A DNA stretch of 64,000 nucleotides from Betaproteobacteria bacterium (GTDB lineage Bacteria; Pseudomonadota; Gammaproteobacteria; Burkholderiales; Burkholderiaceae_C), in NCBI GenBank assembly GCA_009928125.1, contig RFVJ01000001.1:4-64003 (forward strand), given 5' to 3'. This document shows, piece by piece, positions 1-9,843 of the stretch. Made by a program: the position numbers and the translations under genes. The stretch's first letter is position 1; each line of letters begins with the position of its first letter. The notes under the pieces are model-generated. The model worked only from the letters and a program-made list of their open reading frames with translations. It ran no database searches and was not told the origin of the DNA.

Positions 1-38
1 CGAAGGCGATGGAAGAATCGGAAGTCACTGCGTTTCAT
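1..38 (-). CDS. YbgC/FadM-family acyl-CoA thioesterase, 5' end only (runs off window)
   Basis: ATG at 38 reads MKRSDFRFFHRLR, resembling N-termini of betaproteobacterial hotdog thioesterases; lies just downstream of the esterase on the same strand. Confidence 0.55.
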   Translation of the reverse strand, partial: MKRSDFRFFHRL

Positions 39-74
39 GAATAAGTTCTTTCTGACAATCAAACATCAAGGGCC

Positions 75-1037
75 TCAAGCAAAGGCATGTCTCAAAGCGC
101 GGCCTGCATCCTGATGGGCTTGGTGCGCTTCTGGAATGACGCGGCCCATGTTGACAAAGCCATGAACCACCCCACGGTAAATTTCAAGATCGACTTTCAC
201 GCCCGCCATGCGCAGCATATCGGCATAGGCCACACCCTCATCGACCAACGGATCACATTCTGCCAAACCGATCCAGGTCGGTGCAAGACCGTCATGCCGC
301 TGTGCAAGCATGGGGGCGAAGCGCCAATCGTCTCGGTCTTGGGCATCAATGTAGTGGTCAAAAAACCAATCAACGGTGGCTTTGTCGAGCATGAAGCCAT
401 GTTGGTAGGTGTGGTGTGAGTGGGTTTCTTGACGTGCCGCAGTCCCTGGATAAATGAGCAACTGCAATGCCAATTTCAAGCCTGCATCTCGGGCGTGGAT
501 GGCACATACAGCAGCCAATGTACCGCCTGCACTGTCCCCGCCTACAGCCAATGCATGGGCTTTGAGCCCCAGCGATTCGGCAGATTTTGCAACCCATTGA
601 AGCGCATCCCAAGCATCGTTGCTTGCAACGGGAAAGCGATGTTCAGGTGCAAGACGGTAGTCCACAGAAATCACAGCGCATTGGCCGATGCGCGCCAATT
701 CACGGCACAACACATTGTGCGTTTGAATGCTGCCAATGGTGAAACCACCGCCGTGAAAATACACCAAGGCAGGGATTGGCGATGCATGAGATTTTGGACA
801 AGGTGCAAACAACCTGGCTTTGATCAATTGACCATCACGCACAGGAATCCGCAAGTCCTCAACCCGGGTCATTGGGGGTTCAGGCAAATCCAACAAGCTG
901 GCCGACATTTCATAAAACAAACGCGCTTGTTGGGCATTCAACAGGTACATCGGTGGGCGCCCTGCCCGTTCAATGTTGCGCAGAACCAAGCGCATGGCTT
1001 CGGTCAGCCGGCTGTGAGGGTTGTGGTGTGCGCTCAT
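75..1037 (-). CDS. alpha/beta hydrolase, HSL-family esterase/lipase
   Basis: FHGGGF oxyanion motif, DYRLAPEH, GDSAGG nucleophile elbow, C-terminal D...HGF; start moved to ATG 1037 to avoid overlap with the divergent ADH. Confidence 0.92.
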   Translation of the reverse strand: MSAHHNPHSRLTEAMRLVLRNIERAGRPPMYLLNAQQARLFYEMSASLLDLPEPPMTRVEDLRIPVRDGQLIKARLFAPCPKSHASPIPALVYFHGGGFTIGSIQTHNVLCRELARIGQCAVISVDYRLAPEHRFPVASNDAWDALQWVAKSAESLGLKAHALAVGGDSAGGTLAAVCAIHARDAGLKLALQLLIYPGTAARQETHSHHTYQHGFMLDKATVDWFFDHYIDAQDRDDWRFAPMLAQRHDGLAPTWIGLAECDPLVDEGVAYADMLRMAGVKVDLEIYRGVVHGFVNMGRVIPEAHQAHQDAGRALRHAFA

Positions 1038-1140
1038 GGTGGCATTTTTTATCGCCAATGTGACTTTTTCAGGGTTGTAGAGGCTGACTTGATCAGCGTC
1101 ATGCAGTAGAGTTGATCGTAACCCATTCACAGAAAATACC

Positions 1141-2277
1141 ATGGCTTTCATCAACTACGTGACCCAGATTCAGATCGACTTTGGCGCAATCCAACTTTTA
1201 AAACAAGAGTGCGAGCGCGTTGGCATCCACAAGCCCCTCATCGTCACCGACCCAGGCGTGAAGACCGCTGGCATTTTGCAGAAAGCCTTGGATGCCTTGC
1301 CTGGCATTCAAGTGGCGGTCTTTGATCAAACCCCCTCCAATCCCACGGAGGCCGCTGTGCGTGCCGCCAGCGAGGTTTACAAAGCCCAAGCTTGTGATGG
1401 CTTGATTGCAGTGGGAGGAGGCTCTTCCATTGACTGTGCCAAATGTGTGGCCATTGCCGTGACGCACGAAGGCCCTCTCAAAACCTATGCCACCATTGAA
1501 GGTGGCTCACTCAAAATTACAGACCGTGTTGCCCCGCTCATTGCAGTACCCACCACCAGTGGGACCGGCAGCGAAGTGGCGCGTGGCGCCATCTTGATCG
1601 TGGACGACGGTCGCAAACTGGGTTTTCACTCCTGGTTCATCGTTCCCAAAGCCGCCATTTGTGACCCGGAACTCACCTTTGGTTTGCCGCCCCTGCTCAC
1701 TGCGGCCACAGGCATGGACGCCATTGCCCATTGCATGGAAACTTTCATGGCGCCGGCCTTTAACCCGCCTGCCGATGGCATTGGCTTGGATGGCCTGCAA
1801 CGCGCTTGGGCCCACATAGAGCGCGCTACAAAAAACGGTCAAGACAAAGAAGCACGCATGCACCTCATGAGCGCCTCGATGCAAGGGGCCATGGCCTTTC
1901 AAAAGGGACTGGGTTGCGTTCACTCGCTCAGTCACAGTTTGGGTGGTGTCAACCCCCGCCTCCATCACGGCACTTTGAATGCGATGTTCTTGCCTGCAGT
2001 GGTGCAGTTCAATTCTCATGCTGAAAGCGTGCAAAAAGAAAACCGCTTGAACCGCATGGCGCAGGTGATGGGCTTGGCCTCCGGTTCAGACATTCCGCAA
2101 GCCATTCAAGACATGAGTGCTCGACTGGGACTGCCTTCTGGCCTGAAGGCCATGGGTGTCACTGAATCTCAATTCGATGCGGTGATTCACGGGGCGATGG
2201 CCGATCACTGTCACAAAACCAACCCCCGCATTGCAACACCCGACGAATACAGAGAGATGCTCTCAGCCTCGATGTGA
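1141..2277 (+). CDS. iron-containing alcohol dehydrogenase (4-hydroxybutyrate dehydrogenase-like)
   Basis: GGGSSID, PTTSGTGSE, DAIAHCME, HSLSH and HHG iron-binding motifs; 378 aa. Confidence 0.93.
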   Translation: MAFINYVTQIQIDFGAIQLLKQECERVGIHKPLIVTDPGVKTAGILQKALDALPGIQVAVFDQTPSNPTEAAVRAASEVYKAQACDGLIAVGGGSSIDCAKCVAIAVTHEGPLKTYATIEGGSLKITDRVAPLIAVPTTSGTGSEVARGAILIVDDGRKLGFHSWFIVPKAAICDPELTFGLPPLLTAATGMDAIAHCMETFMAPAFNPPADGIGLDGLQRAWAHIERATKNGQDKEARMHLMSASMQGAMAFQKGLGCVHSLSHSLGGVNPRLHHGTLNAMFLPAVVQFNSHAESVQKENRLNRMAQVMGLASGSDIPQAIQDMSARLGLPSGLKAMGVTESQFDAVIHGAMADHCHKTNPRIATPDEYREMLSASM

Positions 2278-3363
2278 TCAAAGGTCTTGTACGCAGGCCA
2301 TGTCTGGTTTGTCCAACCAGGCGGCAAACTCATCCGCAAGTTGTTGACTAGCTGCAGTTGCGGCTTGCCAAACTTTGACCCGCGCCATTAAATCTTGACC
2401 ATAAGTGGCAAAGTCTGTTCGATCGGGCAATTTGCCATTGGGCAAAGTTTGAACCCAGTCCGGACGTGGCGCCAACACCAAGGTGTTGTTGAGAAAGGCG
2501 CTGGCTTTGTGCCGCCATTTCAAGGTTTTGTCGAGCCATCCGGGAACCACCGCTTTTTGAAAATGCGGGTACACAACCAAACCAACAGGTGAACTGTTGT
2601 TTGAAGCATTGCACCAATCAAGGTGCAAGTGGTAATCCGTGATGCCACCATCCCAATATGCACCGCGCGGTGCACCTTCAATGTCATGCACAGCCTTCAA
2701 AACAAAGGGGATGGCACAACTGGCTTGCAGCACATCCATGAAATTAGAGCTTGTCAGAGGCAATTGTCGGGTTGCGTAATCGCGAGTGCCAAAAGGCAAT
2801 TGACCTGCCGATGAAAACACCACGCGCTCTAGAGATGCCCCCATGGCTTTGCGACTGATCAGGTTGCTTAAAAATGCGCCACCATAGCCTAAGGGACTGA
2901 GGACCGGATGCTCTCGACGAAGCAGACCCTTGCCACGAGACGTCAACACATGAAGACGAAAACGGGGATGGTTTAACAGTGGTTTCACCAAGCCGCCATA
3001 AAACAAATCTAAGTTTTCACGAAATGAATCGCTGACTTGCTGTGCACTGGGAAACTTTTCGCCAGGTTTCAATTCATAGTGTTGATGAATGTAATCATGC
3101 TCCAGTCTCAACAAGCCAGCGCGACTCTCTGGCAAACAAGCCGTTGCCATGCGCCATGCACCAATGGAGGCACCCACCAAATCAATCGATTGCTGACTCG
3201 TCGTTAGCCATTCGTTGAACATGAATCGATCTAGCGGGCCTAAGATCAAGCCTTTCGGTCCTCCTGCTGCTGCAGGAATCACACCCACATCGGATGCGCT
3301 CAGCCCATGCGTGGCCAGGTGCTGCTTGGCCTTGGGGCCGGCATAGATGGCAAGGGCTTTCAT
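2278..3363 (-). CDS. patatin-like phospholipase family protein
   Basis: AAGGPKG glycine loop, GASIG nucleophile, DGG catalytic Asp motif. Confidence 0.85.
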   Translation of the reverse strand: MKALAIYAGPKAKQHLATHGLSASDVGVIPAAAGGPKGLILGPLDRFMFNEWLTTSQQSIDLVGASIGAWRMATACLPESRAGLLRLEHDYIHQHYELKPGEKFPSAQQVSDSFRENLDLFYGGLVKPLLNHPRFRLHVLTSRGKGLLRREHPVLSPLGYGGAFLSNLISRKAMGASLERVVFSSAGQLPFGTRDYATRQLPLTSSNFMDVLQASCAIPFVLKAVHDIEGAPRGAYWDGGITDYHLHLDWCNASNNSSPVGLVVYPHFQKAVVPGWLDKTLKWRHKASAFLNNTLVLAPRPDWVQTLPNGKLPDRTDFATYGQDLMARVKVWQAATAASQQLADEFAAWLDKPDMACVQDL

Positions 3364-3371
3364 GCGTTAGC

Positions 3372-5707
3372 TTAGCCTTTGTTTTGCAATTTGGCGAAAG
3401 CAGATGCCATGGCACTTTGTCCTAAGCCAACCGATGGGGCAGGACTGCGCGAGCGTTGGTGTTGATGACCATGTCGTGGGACGCCTTCAAATTTATTCTC
3501 ACGACCACGTTGCGAAGCAGATGGTGATGCATCACTCAACTTCATGGTGAGGCCAATGCGTTTGCGTGCCACATCCACTTCGGTCACTTTGACTTTGACG
3601 ATGTCGCCAGTCTTGACCACCTCGCGTGCATCGGTGATGAATTTGTTGCTGAGTTGACTGACGTGAACCAAACCATCTTGGTGGACACCCAAATCAACAA
3701 AGGCGCCAAAGGCCGCGACGTTGCTGACAGTGCCTTCCAAAACCATCCCTTCTTTCAAATCGCGGATGTCATCGACACCCTCGTTGAAACGCGCCACTTT
3801 GAAATCGGGCCGAGGGTCACGACCAGGTTTTTCTAACTCAAGCAAAATGTCTTTGACCGTCATGACACCAAACTTATCGTTGGCAAACAATTCTGGGCGC
3901 AAGGTTTTAAGCATGTCTGCGCGGCCCATGACGTTTTCAACCGGCTGAGCCACCTTGGCCATGATGGCTTCCACCACGGGATAGGTTTCGGGGTGAACGC
4001 CCGTCATGTCCAATGGATTGTCACCGCCGCGAATGCGCAAGAAGCCAGCACTTTGCTCAAAAGTTTTAGCGCCCAGTCCAGTGACCTTCAGCAGATCTTG
4101 ACGATTTTTGAATGCGCCATTGGCCTCACGCCACCGCACAACAGCTTTGGCCACACCACCGGACAAACCAGAAACGCGAGACAGCAAAGGCACGCTGGCT
4201 CCAGAAACGCGAGACAGCAAAGGCACGCTGGCTGTGTTCAAGTCAACACCCACAGCATTCACGCAATCTTCCACCACGGCTTCTAGGGTGCGCGCCAATT
4301 CAGTTTGATTGACATCATGTTGGTACTGTCCCACACCGATGGACTTCGGATCAATTTTGACCAACTCAGCCAAGGGGTCTTGCAAGCGGCGCGCAATGCT
4401 GGCCGCACCGCGCAAACTCACATCGACGTCTGGCATTTCTTGACTGGCAAATTCACTGGCGGAATACACCGAAGCGCCCGCCTCGCTCACCACCACCTTT
4501 TGAATCTCGGGACTGTCAGGCGTTTTGAGTTGCTTGATGAGATCGGCCGCCAGTTTGTCGGTTTCGCGGCTGGCAGTGCCATTGCCAATGGCGATCAAAT
4601 TCACACCATGCTTTTGGCACAGTTTGTTCAAAGTATGCAAAGCACCATCCCAGTCACGGCGAGGCTCGTGGGGATAGACGGTCGATGTTTCGACGAGCTT
4701 GCCTGTTGCATCCACCACAGCGACTTTGACGCCTGTCCGAATGCCTGGGTCGAGTCCCAACACCACGCGGGGACCCGCAGGTGCTGCGAGTAACAAATCA
4801 CGCAAGTCCACAAAATGGTTTTGCGTATCAAATCGTCAGAGGGTCGTGCACTGTGCGACCAATTCAAGTGCAAAGCGATGCGACCTTCAGCCAAAGCATT
4901 GGCGGCTTGAGCGGCTGCCGTTGGCGTGAGGGGTTCTGCCGTTGCATTGAGAGCCTCAGGCACGGGCAAAGTCAGCTTGGCGTCTAAGAATTCCAAAGCA
5001 CGACCACGGAACACGGCCAAGGCACGGTGCGAAGGCACACGGCCAATGGGTTCGCTGTAATCGAAGTAATCTCTGAATTTGGCCACTTCGGCTTGATTTT
5101 CATCTTTGCCTGATGCCAAGTGGCTGGTGAACAAGCCCTCTTTCCAAAGCCACTCACGCAAAGCCTGGATGAGTGAGGCGTCTTCTGCCCAGCGCTCAGA
5201 CAAAATATCGCGCACACCATCCAAGACGGCGCCTGCGCTTGAAAAGTCGGCGCCTTCAATGGCGTCGGCAGGTTTCAAATAAGCCTGTGCTTCAACTTGT
5301 GGATCAAGCGATGGATTGGCCCATAACGCATCGGCCAAGGGTTCGATGCCAGCCTCTTTGGCCATCATGCCTTTGGTGCGGCGCTTAGGCTTGAATGGCA
5401 GGTACAAATCTTCCAAGTCTTGCTTGGTGGCAGCTTGGTCAATGGCCCATTGCAAATCCGGGGTCAGCTTGCCTTGGTCGGCAATGCTTTTGAGGATGGT
5501 GGCGCGGCGCTCTTCCATCTCGCGCAAGTAGCCCAAACGGTATTCCAGTTCACGCAACTGAATGTCGTCCAAGCCGCCCGTCACTTCTTTGCGATAGCGT
5601 GCAATGAACGGCACGGTGGCGCCGCCATCTAACAAACTCACAGCCGCCTGAACTTGTTCAGGGCGGATTTTGATTTCAATGGCCAATTGGCCTGTTATTT
5701 TCTGCAT
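3372..5707 (-). pseudogene. tex: Tex (YhgF) transcription accessory protein, interrupted by a deletion/frameshift at ~4805 and carrying an 11-aa duplication (probable assembly artefacts)
   Basis: N-half (start 5707) has TVPFIARYRKE and LEDLYLPFKPKRRT; C-half has [30 protein letters not shown] and an S1 domain; the two halves are in different frames and the linker is missing. Confidence 0.93.
4168..4233. repeat. exact 33-bp tandem duplication inside tex
   Basis: CCAGAAACGCGAGACAGCAAAGGCACGCTGGCT at 4168-4200 and 4201-4233; encodes [11 protein letters not shown] twice. Confidence 0.97.
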
Positions 5708-5776
5708 CTCGTCGGCTAACTTCATTGGATTTTTGCAACTCAACCGACGAGTTTGCCACACTCCGGTGGCTCTTTT

Positions 5777-6471
5777 TCAGCTGCGCAGTTCGGCTTTGAG
5801 TTTTTCGCCAATGTCAGGGCGTGCGGCAAAAGGATTGGGCGGGTTTTGCTGCTGAACGATGGCTTCCATGCGGGTTTGGACATTGCCCAAAGCTTGAGGA
5901 TGGCTGTAGATGTAGAACTGATCGTTGGCGATGGACTCAAACACCATTTCAGCCATTTGCGCTGCAGACACCTTGCCGCTGCTGACGGCTTTGTCGCTCA
6001 TGGCTTGGCCAATCAGCTGGCTTTTCGTGGCCTTTTGATGGGGCAAATCTGCCGGACGGTTGCGGTGGCTTTGGCTGATGCCTGTGGGCACAAAATAAGG
6101 ACACAAAACACTGGCGCTGACTTGGTCGGTCACCAATTTCAGGTCTTGGTATAGCGTTTCGGTTAAGGCGACCACAGCATGTTTACTGACGTTGTACACG
6201 CCCATGTTGGGCGCAGTGAGCAAACCGGCCATGCTGGCGGTGTTCACGATGTGGCCTTCATAGTGAGGGTCTTTTTTGGCAGCATCGAGCATCATGGGTG
6301 TGAACAAACGCACGCCGTGCACCACACCCCAAACATTCACACCCAACACCCATTGCCAATCGGCCACGGTGTTTTCCCAAACCAAGCCCCCTGAATGCGT
6401 GCGCACTCCAAGCCGAAGCCAGAGCCACCACCCGTTAAGACGGCTGTTTTGTTTTCAAAATTGCGAATCAT
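5777..6471 (-). pseudogene. short-chain dehydrogenase/reductase with internal deletion at ~6394
   Basis: ATG 6471 (ATGA overlap with the GST stop) reads MIRNFENKTAVLTGGGSGFGLECAR, then jumps out of frame to SGGLVWENT...NTASMAG...YNVSK; the NNAG region is absent. Confidence 0.88.
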
Positions 6472-7403
6472 GATTTGACCTTCTTCAAAATAAATCCATT
6501 GCGTGGGAAGTGAACATGAACGGTGCCTGCACGCTCATCCTCACGGCGCAAGGTGAGACGGGTTTTGGTCGCCGCTACCAAGGTGCCTGGCGTAGGCTCC
6601 AAACCAAAGTTGTCTGCAGTGACGGTGACTTCGGAACCTAAGGCAATGCCATGATCGTCCACAAACGCGAGTTGTGAAACGTCTTCTGGGTTGGCATGCT
6701 TGGCCACCTCAACGGCTTGATCCGACTTCAATTTGTCGTGGTGGCCGTGCCCGATGGCTTTCATGCGTGCCATCCAGTCTTTGAGCAAAGGTGTTGCATC
6801 TAGGATGCCCGCCACACTGGGTGTTCTTTCCAGTGTGAACCACATGGGGTGGTAAGCAGAAAAGTCTGCAATGGTTGGCACATCCCCCATCAAATAAGGG
6901 TGTTCGGTCAGCATGTCTGACAAGCGACGCAATTGACTTTTGTAAGTGCTGGTGCCCTCGCCCAGCGACATTCGGGGCGCCCCTCCGCGCATGGCTGCAC
7001 GGTCGGCGACAAAGGCTTGAACCACCGCTTCAGGAGCACCTGCAAACACATCGGCCACACCGGCGGGCTGAAAGTTATAAGCCATGGCCGCTGGAAACAC
7101 TTGGTTGTCTGCCCATTGCGCCACAATTCTGGCGGCACCATTCACAGGTGATGGATAGAGACTGGGTGTGGGCGCCAGTTTCTCTAAGACATCCGCAATC
7201 AACGCAGTATCGCAATAAATGTCGGCACCGATCTGCAACACTGGCGTTCGACGGTATCCCCCTGTCAAAGCCGTCAGGTCGGGCTTTGGCATGATCATCG
7301 GAATGATCACACTTTGCCACGCTAACTTTTTGTACCCCAATATCAAGCGGATTTTTTCGGCAAACGGTGAGGTTGGGTAGTGGTGAAGAATCAAGGGGTG
7401 CAT
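6468..7403 (-). CDS. glutathione S-transferase family protein
   Basis: SPFAEKIR, GYRRTPVLQIGADIYCDT, PTIADF; 311 aa. Confidence 0.9.
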   Translation of the reverse strand: MHPLILHHYPTSPFAEKIRLILGYKKLAWQSVIIPMIMPKPDLTALTGGYRRTPVLQIGADIYCDTALIADVLEKLAPTPSLYPSPVNGAARIVAQWADNQVFPAAMAYNFQPAGVADVFAGAPEAVVQAFVADRAAMRGGAPRMSLGEGTSTYKSQLRRLSDMLTEHPYLMGDVPTIADFSAYHPMWFTLERTPSVAGILDATPLLKDWMARMKAIGHGHHDKLKSDQAVEVAKHANPEDVSQLAFVDDHGIALGSEVTVTADNFGLEPTPGTLVAATKTRLTLRREDERAGTVHVHFPRNGFILKKVKS

Positions 7404-7432
7404 GCTGAGGCTTTCTTTGAATCTGTGAAGAC

Positions 7433-8449
7433 TTAAATTAATTTCACCAGTTGCTTGCCGAAGTTCTGGCCTTTCAGCAAGCCCAAAAATGCCTCAGGTG
7501 CAGATGCAATGCCTTGCGCAATGGTTTGACGTGGATTGAATTTGCCACTGGCAATCAATTCGCTCAATTCCGCCAAGGCCTCCGGCCATACTTCCATGTG
7601 CTCGCTCACAATGAAACCTTCCAGGGTCATGCGGCTTTTTAAGATCAGCGTTGGATTGGCCATGGGCAAGGGCTCACCGTTGTAACCCGCAATCATGCCG
7701 CACACTGCTATGCGCGCAAAATCATTCGCACGCAGCATCACAGCATCCAAGATCATGCCGCCCACGTTTTCAAAATGACCATCGATGCCGTTGGGGCAAG
7801 CATCTCTCAGTGCTTTCGACAACGAGATGTAGTCAGCGTGTTGTTTGTAATCAATGCAAGCGTCAAAGCCCAGTTCACGGACCACATAATCGCATTTGGC
7901 TGAACCGCCAGCAATGCCAACCACTCTGAATCCCCGTGCTTTGGCCAATGCACCATAGGCACTGCCCACAGCGCCGCTGGCTGCACTCACCGTGACAGTG
8001 GCTCCCGGCTTGGCCTGAATGATTTTGACCAAACCATACCAAGCCGTGACCCCAGGCATGCCAACGGCACCCAGGTAATGGCTGATGGATATTTTCTCAG
8101 CGTTGACAGGCTTCAGGGCACCAGGGACATCTGCGTTGATCACGCTGTACTCTTGCCAGCCCCCCATGCACTGAACGGTTTGACCCACTTTGAACTTGGC
8201 GTGCTTGCTGTCAAGCACTTCACCCACAGTGCCGCCAATCATGGCTTCGCCCAAGGGTTGGGGTTGTGCATAATTTTTGCCAGCGTTCATGCGGCCACGC
8301 ATGTAGGGATCAAGGCTGAGGTAATGGTGCTTCACCAGCACTTGCCCCTCTTGGAGCTGAGGCGTTTCGGCCTTGATCAATTTGAAGTTGGCGGCTGTTG
8401 CTTCGCCTTCCGGGCGATTGTCCAAAACGATGATGTGATTGGTAGGCAT
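7433..8449 (-). CDS. NADP-dependent oxidoreductase (MDR, CurA/prostaglandin reductase-like)
   Basis: YLSLDPYMRGRM, GMPGVTAWYG, SAASGAVGS, GQNFGKQLV. Confidence 0.92.
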   Translation of the reverse strand: MPTNHIIVLDNRPEGEATAANFKLIKAETPQLQEGQVLVKHHYLSLDPYMRGRMNAGKNYAQPQPLGEAMIGGTVGEVLDSKHAKFKVGQTVQCMGGWQEYSVINADVPGALKPVNAEKISISHYLGAVGMPGVTAWYGLVKIIQAKPGATVTVSAASGAVGSAYGALAKARGFRVVGIAGGSAKCDYVVRELGFDACIDYKQHADYISLSKALRDACPNGIDGHFENVGGMILDAVMLRANDFARIAVCGMIAGYNGEPLPMANPTLILKSRMTLEGFIVSEHMEVWPEALAELSELIASGKFNPRQTIAQGIASAPEAFLGLLKGQNFGKQLVKLI

Positions 8450-8472
8450 GGATGTCTCTGGGTTGAAATTGT

Positions 8473-8901
8473 TTAATCAGTCGAAATGGGCGACGTCAAT
8501 GAGGGTGTTCGCTTCACGTACTTGAAAGTCCCTGTGGCATGGGCACACAGCTGGCCTGCAGCGTCATACACTTTGCCATCCGTGAAGGCCATGGTTGCCG
8601 TGCGATGCAACAACAAACCTTGGGCCACCAAATGTTCGCCGGCCTTAGCTTGAGCGGGTCGCATGAAACTCGACTTCATCTCAATGGTCACCACCCCCAT
8701 CTCTTGCGCAACACTGCGAGCGGCTGTTGCCATGACGACATCGAGCAGTGTCATGACAGCCCCGCCGTGCGTGATTGCAAAAGAATTGAGATGTTCAGGG
8801 CGTGGGCTGTAATGCAACTCGGAGGTACCGTTTTCAAACTTCTCTAAGGTAAATCCAAGATTGGCCACAAACGGAATGTGGACGCCAAAGGGAATGCTCA
8901 T
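8473..8901 (-). CDS. PaaI family thioesterase
   Basis: HLN...HGGAVMTLLD motif; 142 aa. Confidence 0.9.
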   Translation of the reverse strand: MSIPFGVHIPFVANLGFTLEKFENGTSELHYSPRPEHLNSFAITHGGAVMTLLDVVMATAARSVAQEMGVVTIEMKSSFMRPAQAKAGEHLVAQGLLLHRTATMAFTDGKVYDAAGQLCAHATGTFKYVKRTPSLTSPISTD

Positions 8902-8904
8902 TGT

Positions 8905-9500
8905 TCATCCACCAATGATGGCACTCACGCCACCGTCAACAGCCAGCCATTGACCTGTAATGTGTTTGCCGGCTTCACTGGCGTACAAGAGCGTCAAGCC
9001 TTTCAGGTCTTCGTCATCGCCCAATCGGCGCAAAGGTGCGTGACTGGCCATGCGATCGGCACCCATTTTTTCGAGCAAACCATAGGTCATTTTGCTGGGG
9101 AAGAAGCCAGGACAAATGGCATTCACGGTAATGCCATGCTGACCCCACTCGCCTGCCAAGGCCTTGGTGAAATTGACCCGGCAGCGCCCCAAGTGGCGCC
9201 TGCATTGTTGACCAAAATGTCAATGCGCCCCATCCTTTTGACAGTCTCTTGTGCAAGACGACGAATGTCTTCCTCTTTGCCACAATCTGCGGCAATGAAG
9301 TCGGCCTCAATGCCAGCTGCTTTGAGTTCAGCCACGGCCTCTTGCAAGTCATCCGCCTTGCGGGAGCTCAACATCAGTCGCGCGCCGGCTTCACCCAATG
9401 CATGCGCCATTTGCAAACCCAGACCGCGAGATCCACCTGTGACCAAAGCCGTTTGGCCAGTCAAGTCGAAGAGTTGTTTGACGGTACGTGTCATGTTCAA
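8905..9500 (-). pseudogene. SDR oxidoreductase (gluconate 5-dehydrogenase-like) with internal deletion at ~9179
   Basis: N-part TGGSRGLG...NNAGATWGA joined out of frame to VNFTKALAGEWG...ITGQWLAVDGG; the catalytic YxxxK segment is missing. Confidence 0.88.
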
Positions 9501-9513
9501 TCCTTTTTAAAAA

Positions 9514-9843
9514 TCAGTTCCAAAAATCCATGCACTGTCGCTGCGCAACAATGGCTTTCATGAAAGGCTTGATCGCGATGTGATCTGGATGGTTTTGGTA
9601 AGCGCTCAATGCAGCTTCATCCTTGAAAACAGAATTCAAAATCACATCACAGGTGCAATCGAGACCATCGGTCTTGAGCCCCACTTCAAATTGTTCGATG
9701 CCAGGCACCAAGCTGGAACAGCGCATGAGCACTTCGCGCGCTTTCTCCATGTTCTGCGCTCTGGTCTGACCCTCTGCTTCCTCCTTCAAAGTCCACATCA
9801 CAATGTGACGCAATCCATGGGGCGCGGGTTTGAGGTTGCTCAT
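9514..9843 (-). CDS. Dabb family (stress-responsive A/B barrel) protein
   Basis: RHIVMW at the N-terminus, AYQNHPDH motif, ends MDFWN; 109 aa. Confidence 0.85.
   Translation of the reverse strand: MSNLKPAPHGLRHIVMWTLKEEAEGQTRAQNMEKAREVLMRCSSLVPGIEQFEVGLKTDGLDCTCDVILNSVFKDEAALSAYQNHPDHIAIKPFMKAIVAQRQCMDFWN

Noticed and set aside
420-1109. 229-aa + strand ORF, and the many other 60-250 aa overlapping ORFs in the track
   Set aside because: They lie opposite or out of frame with well-supported genes and have no motifs or RBS support.
2278-3363. Patatin as a CBASS or other anti-phage effector
   Set aside because: No cyclase or other defence genes nearby; the context is housekeeping and lipid metabolism.
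4168-4233. 33-bp direct repeat as a CRISPR array
   Set aside because: Two adjacent copies with no spacer, inside a CDS, and no cas genes.
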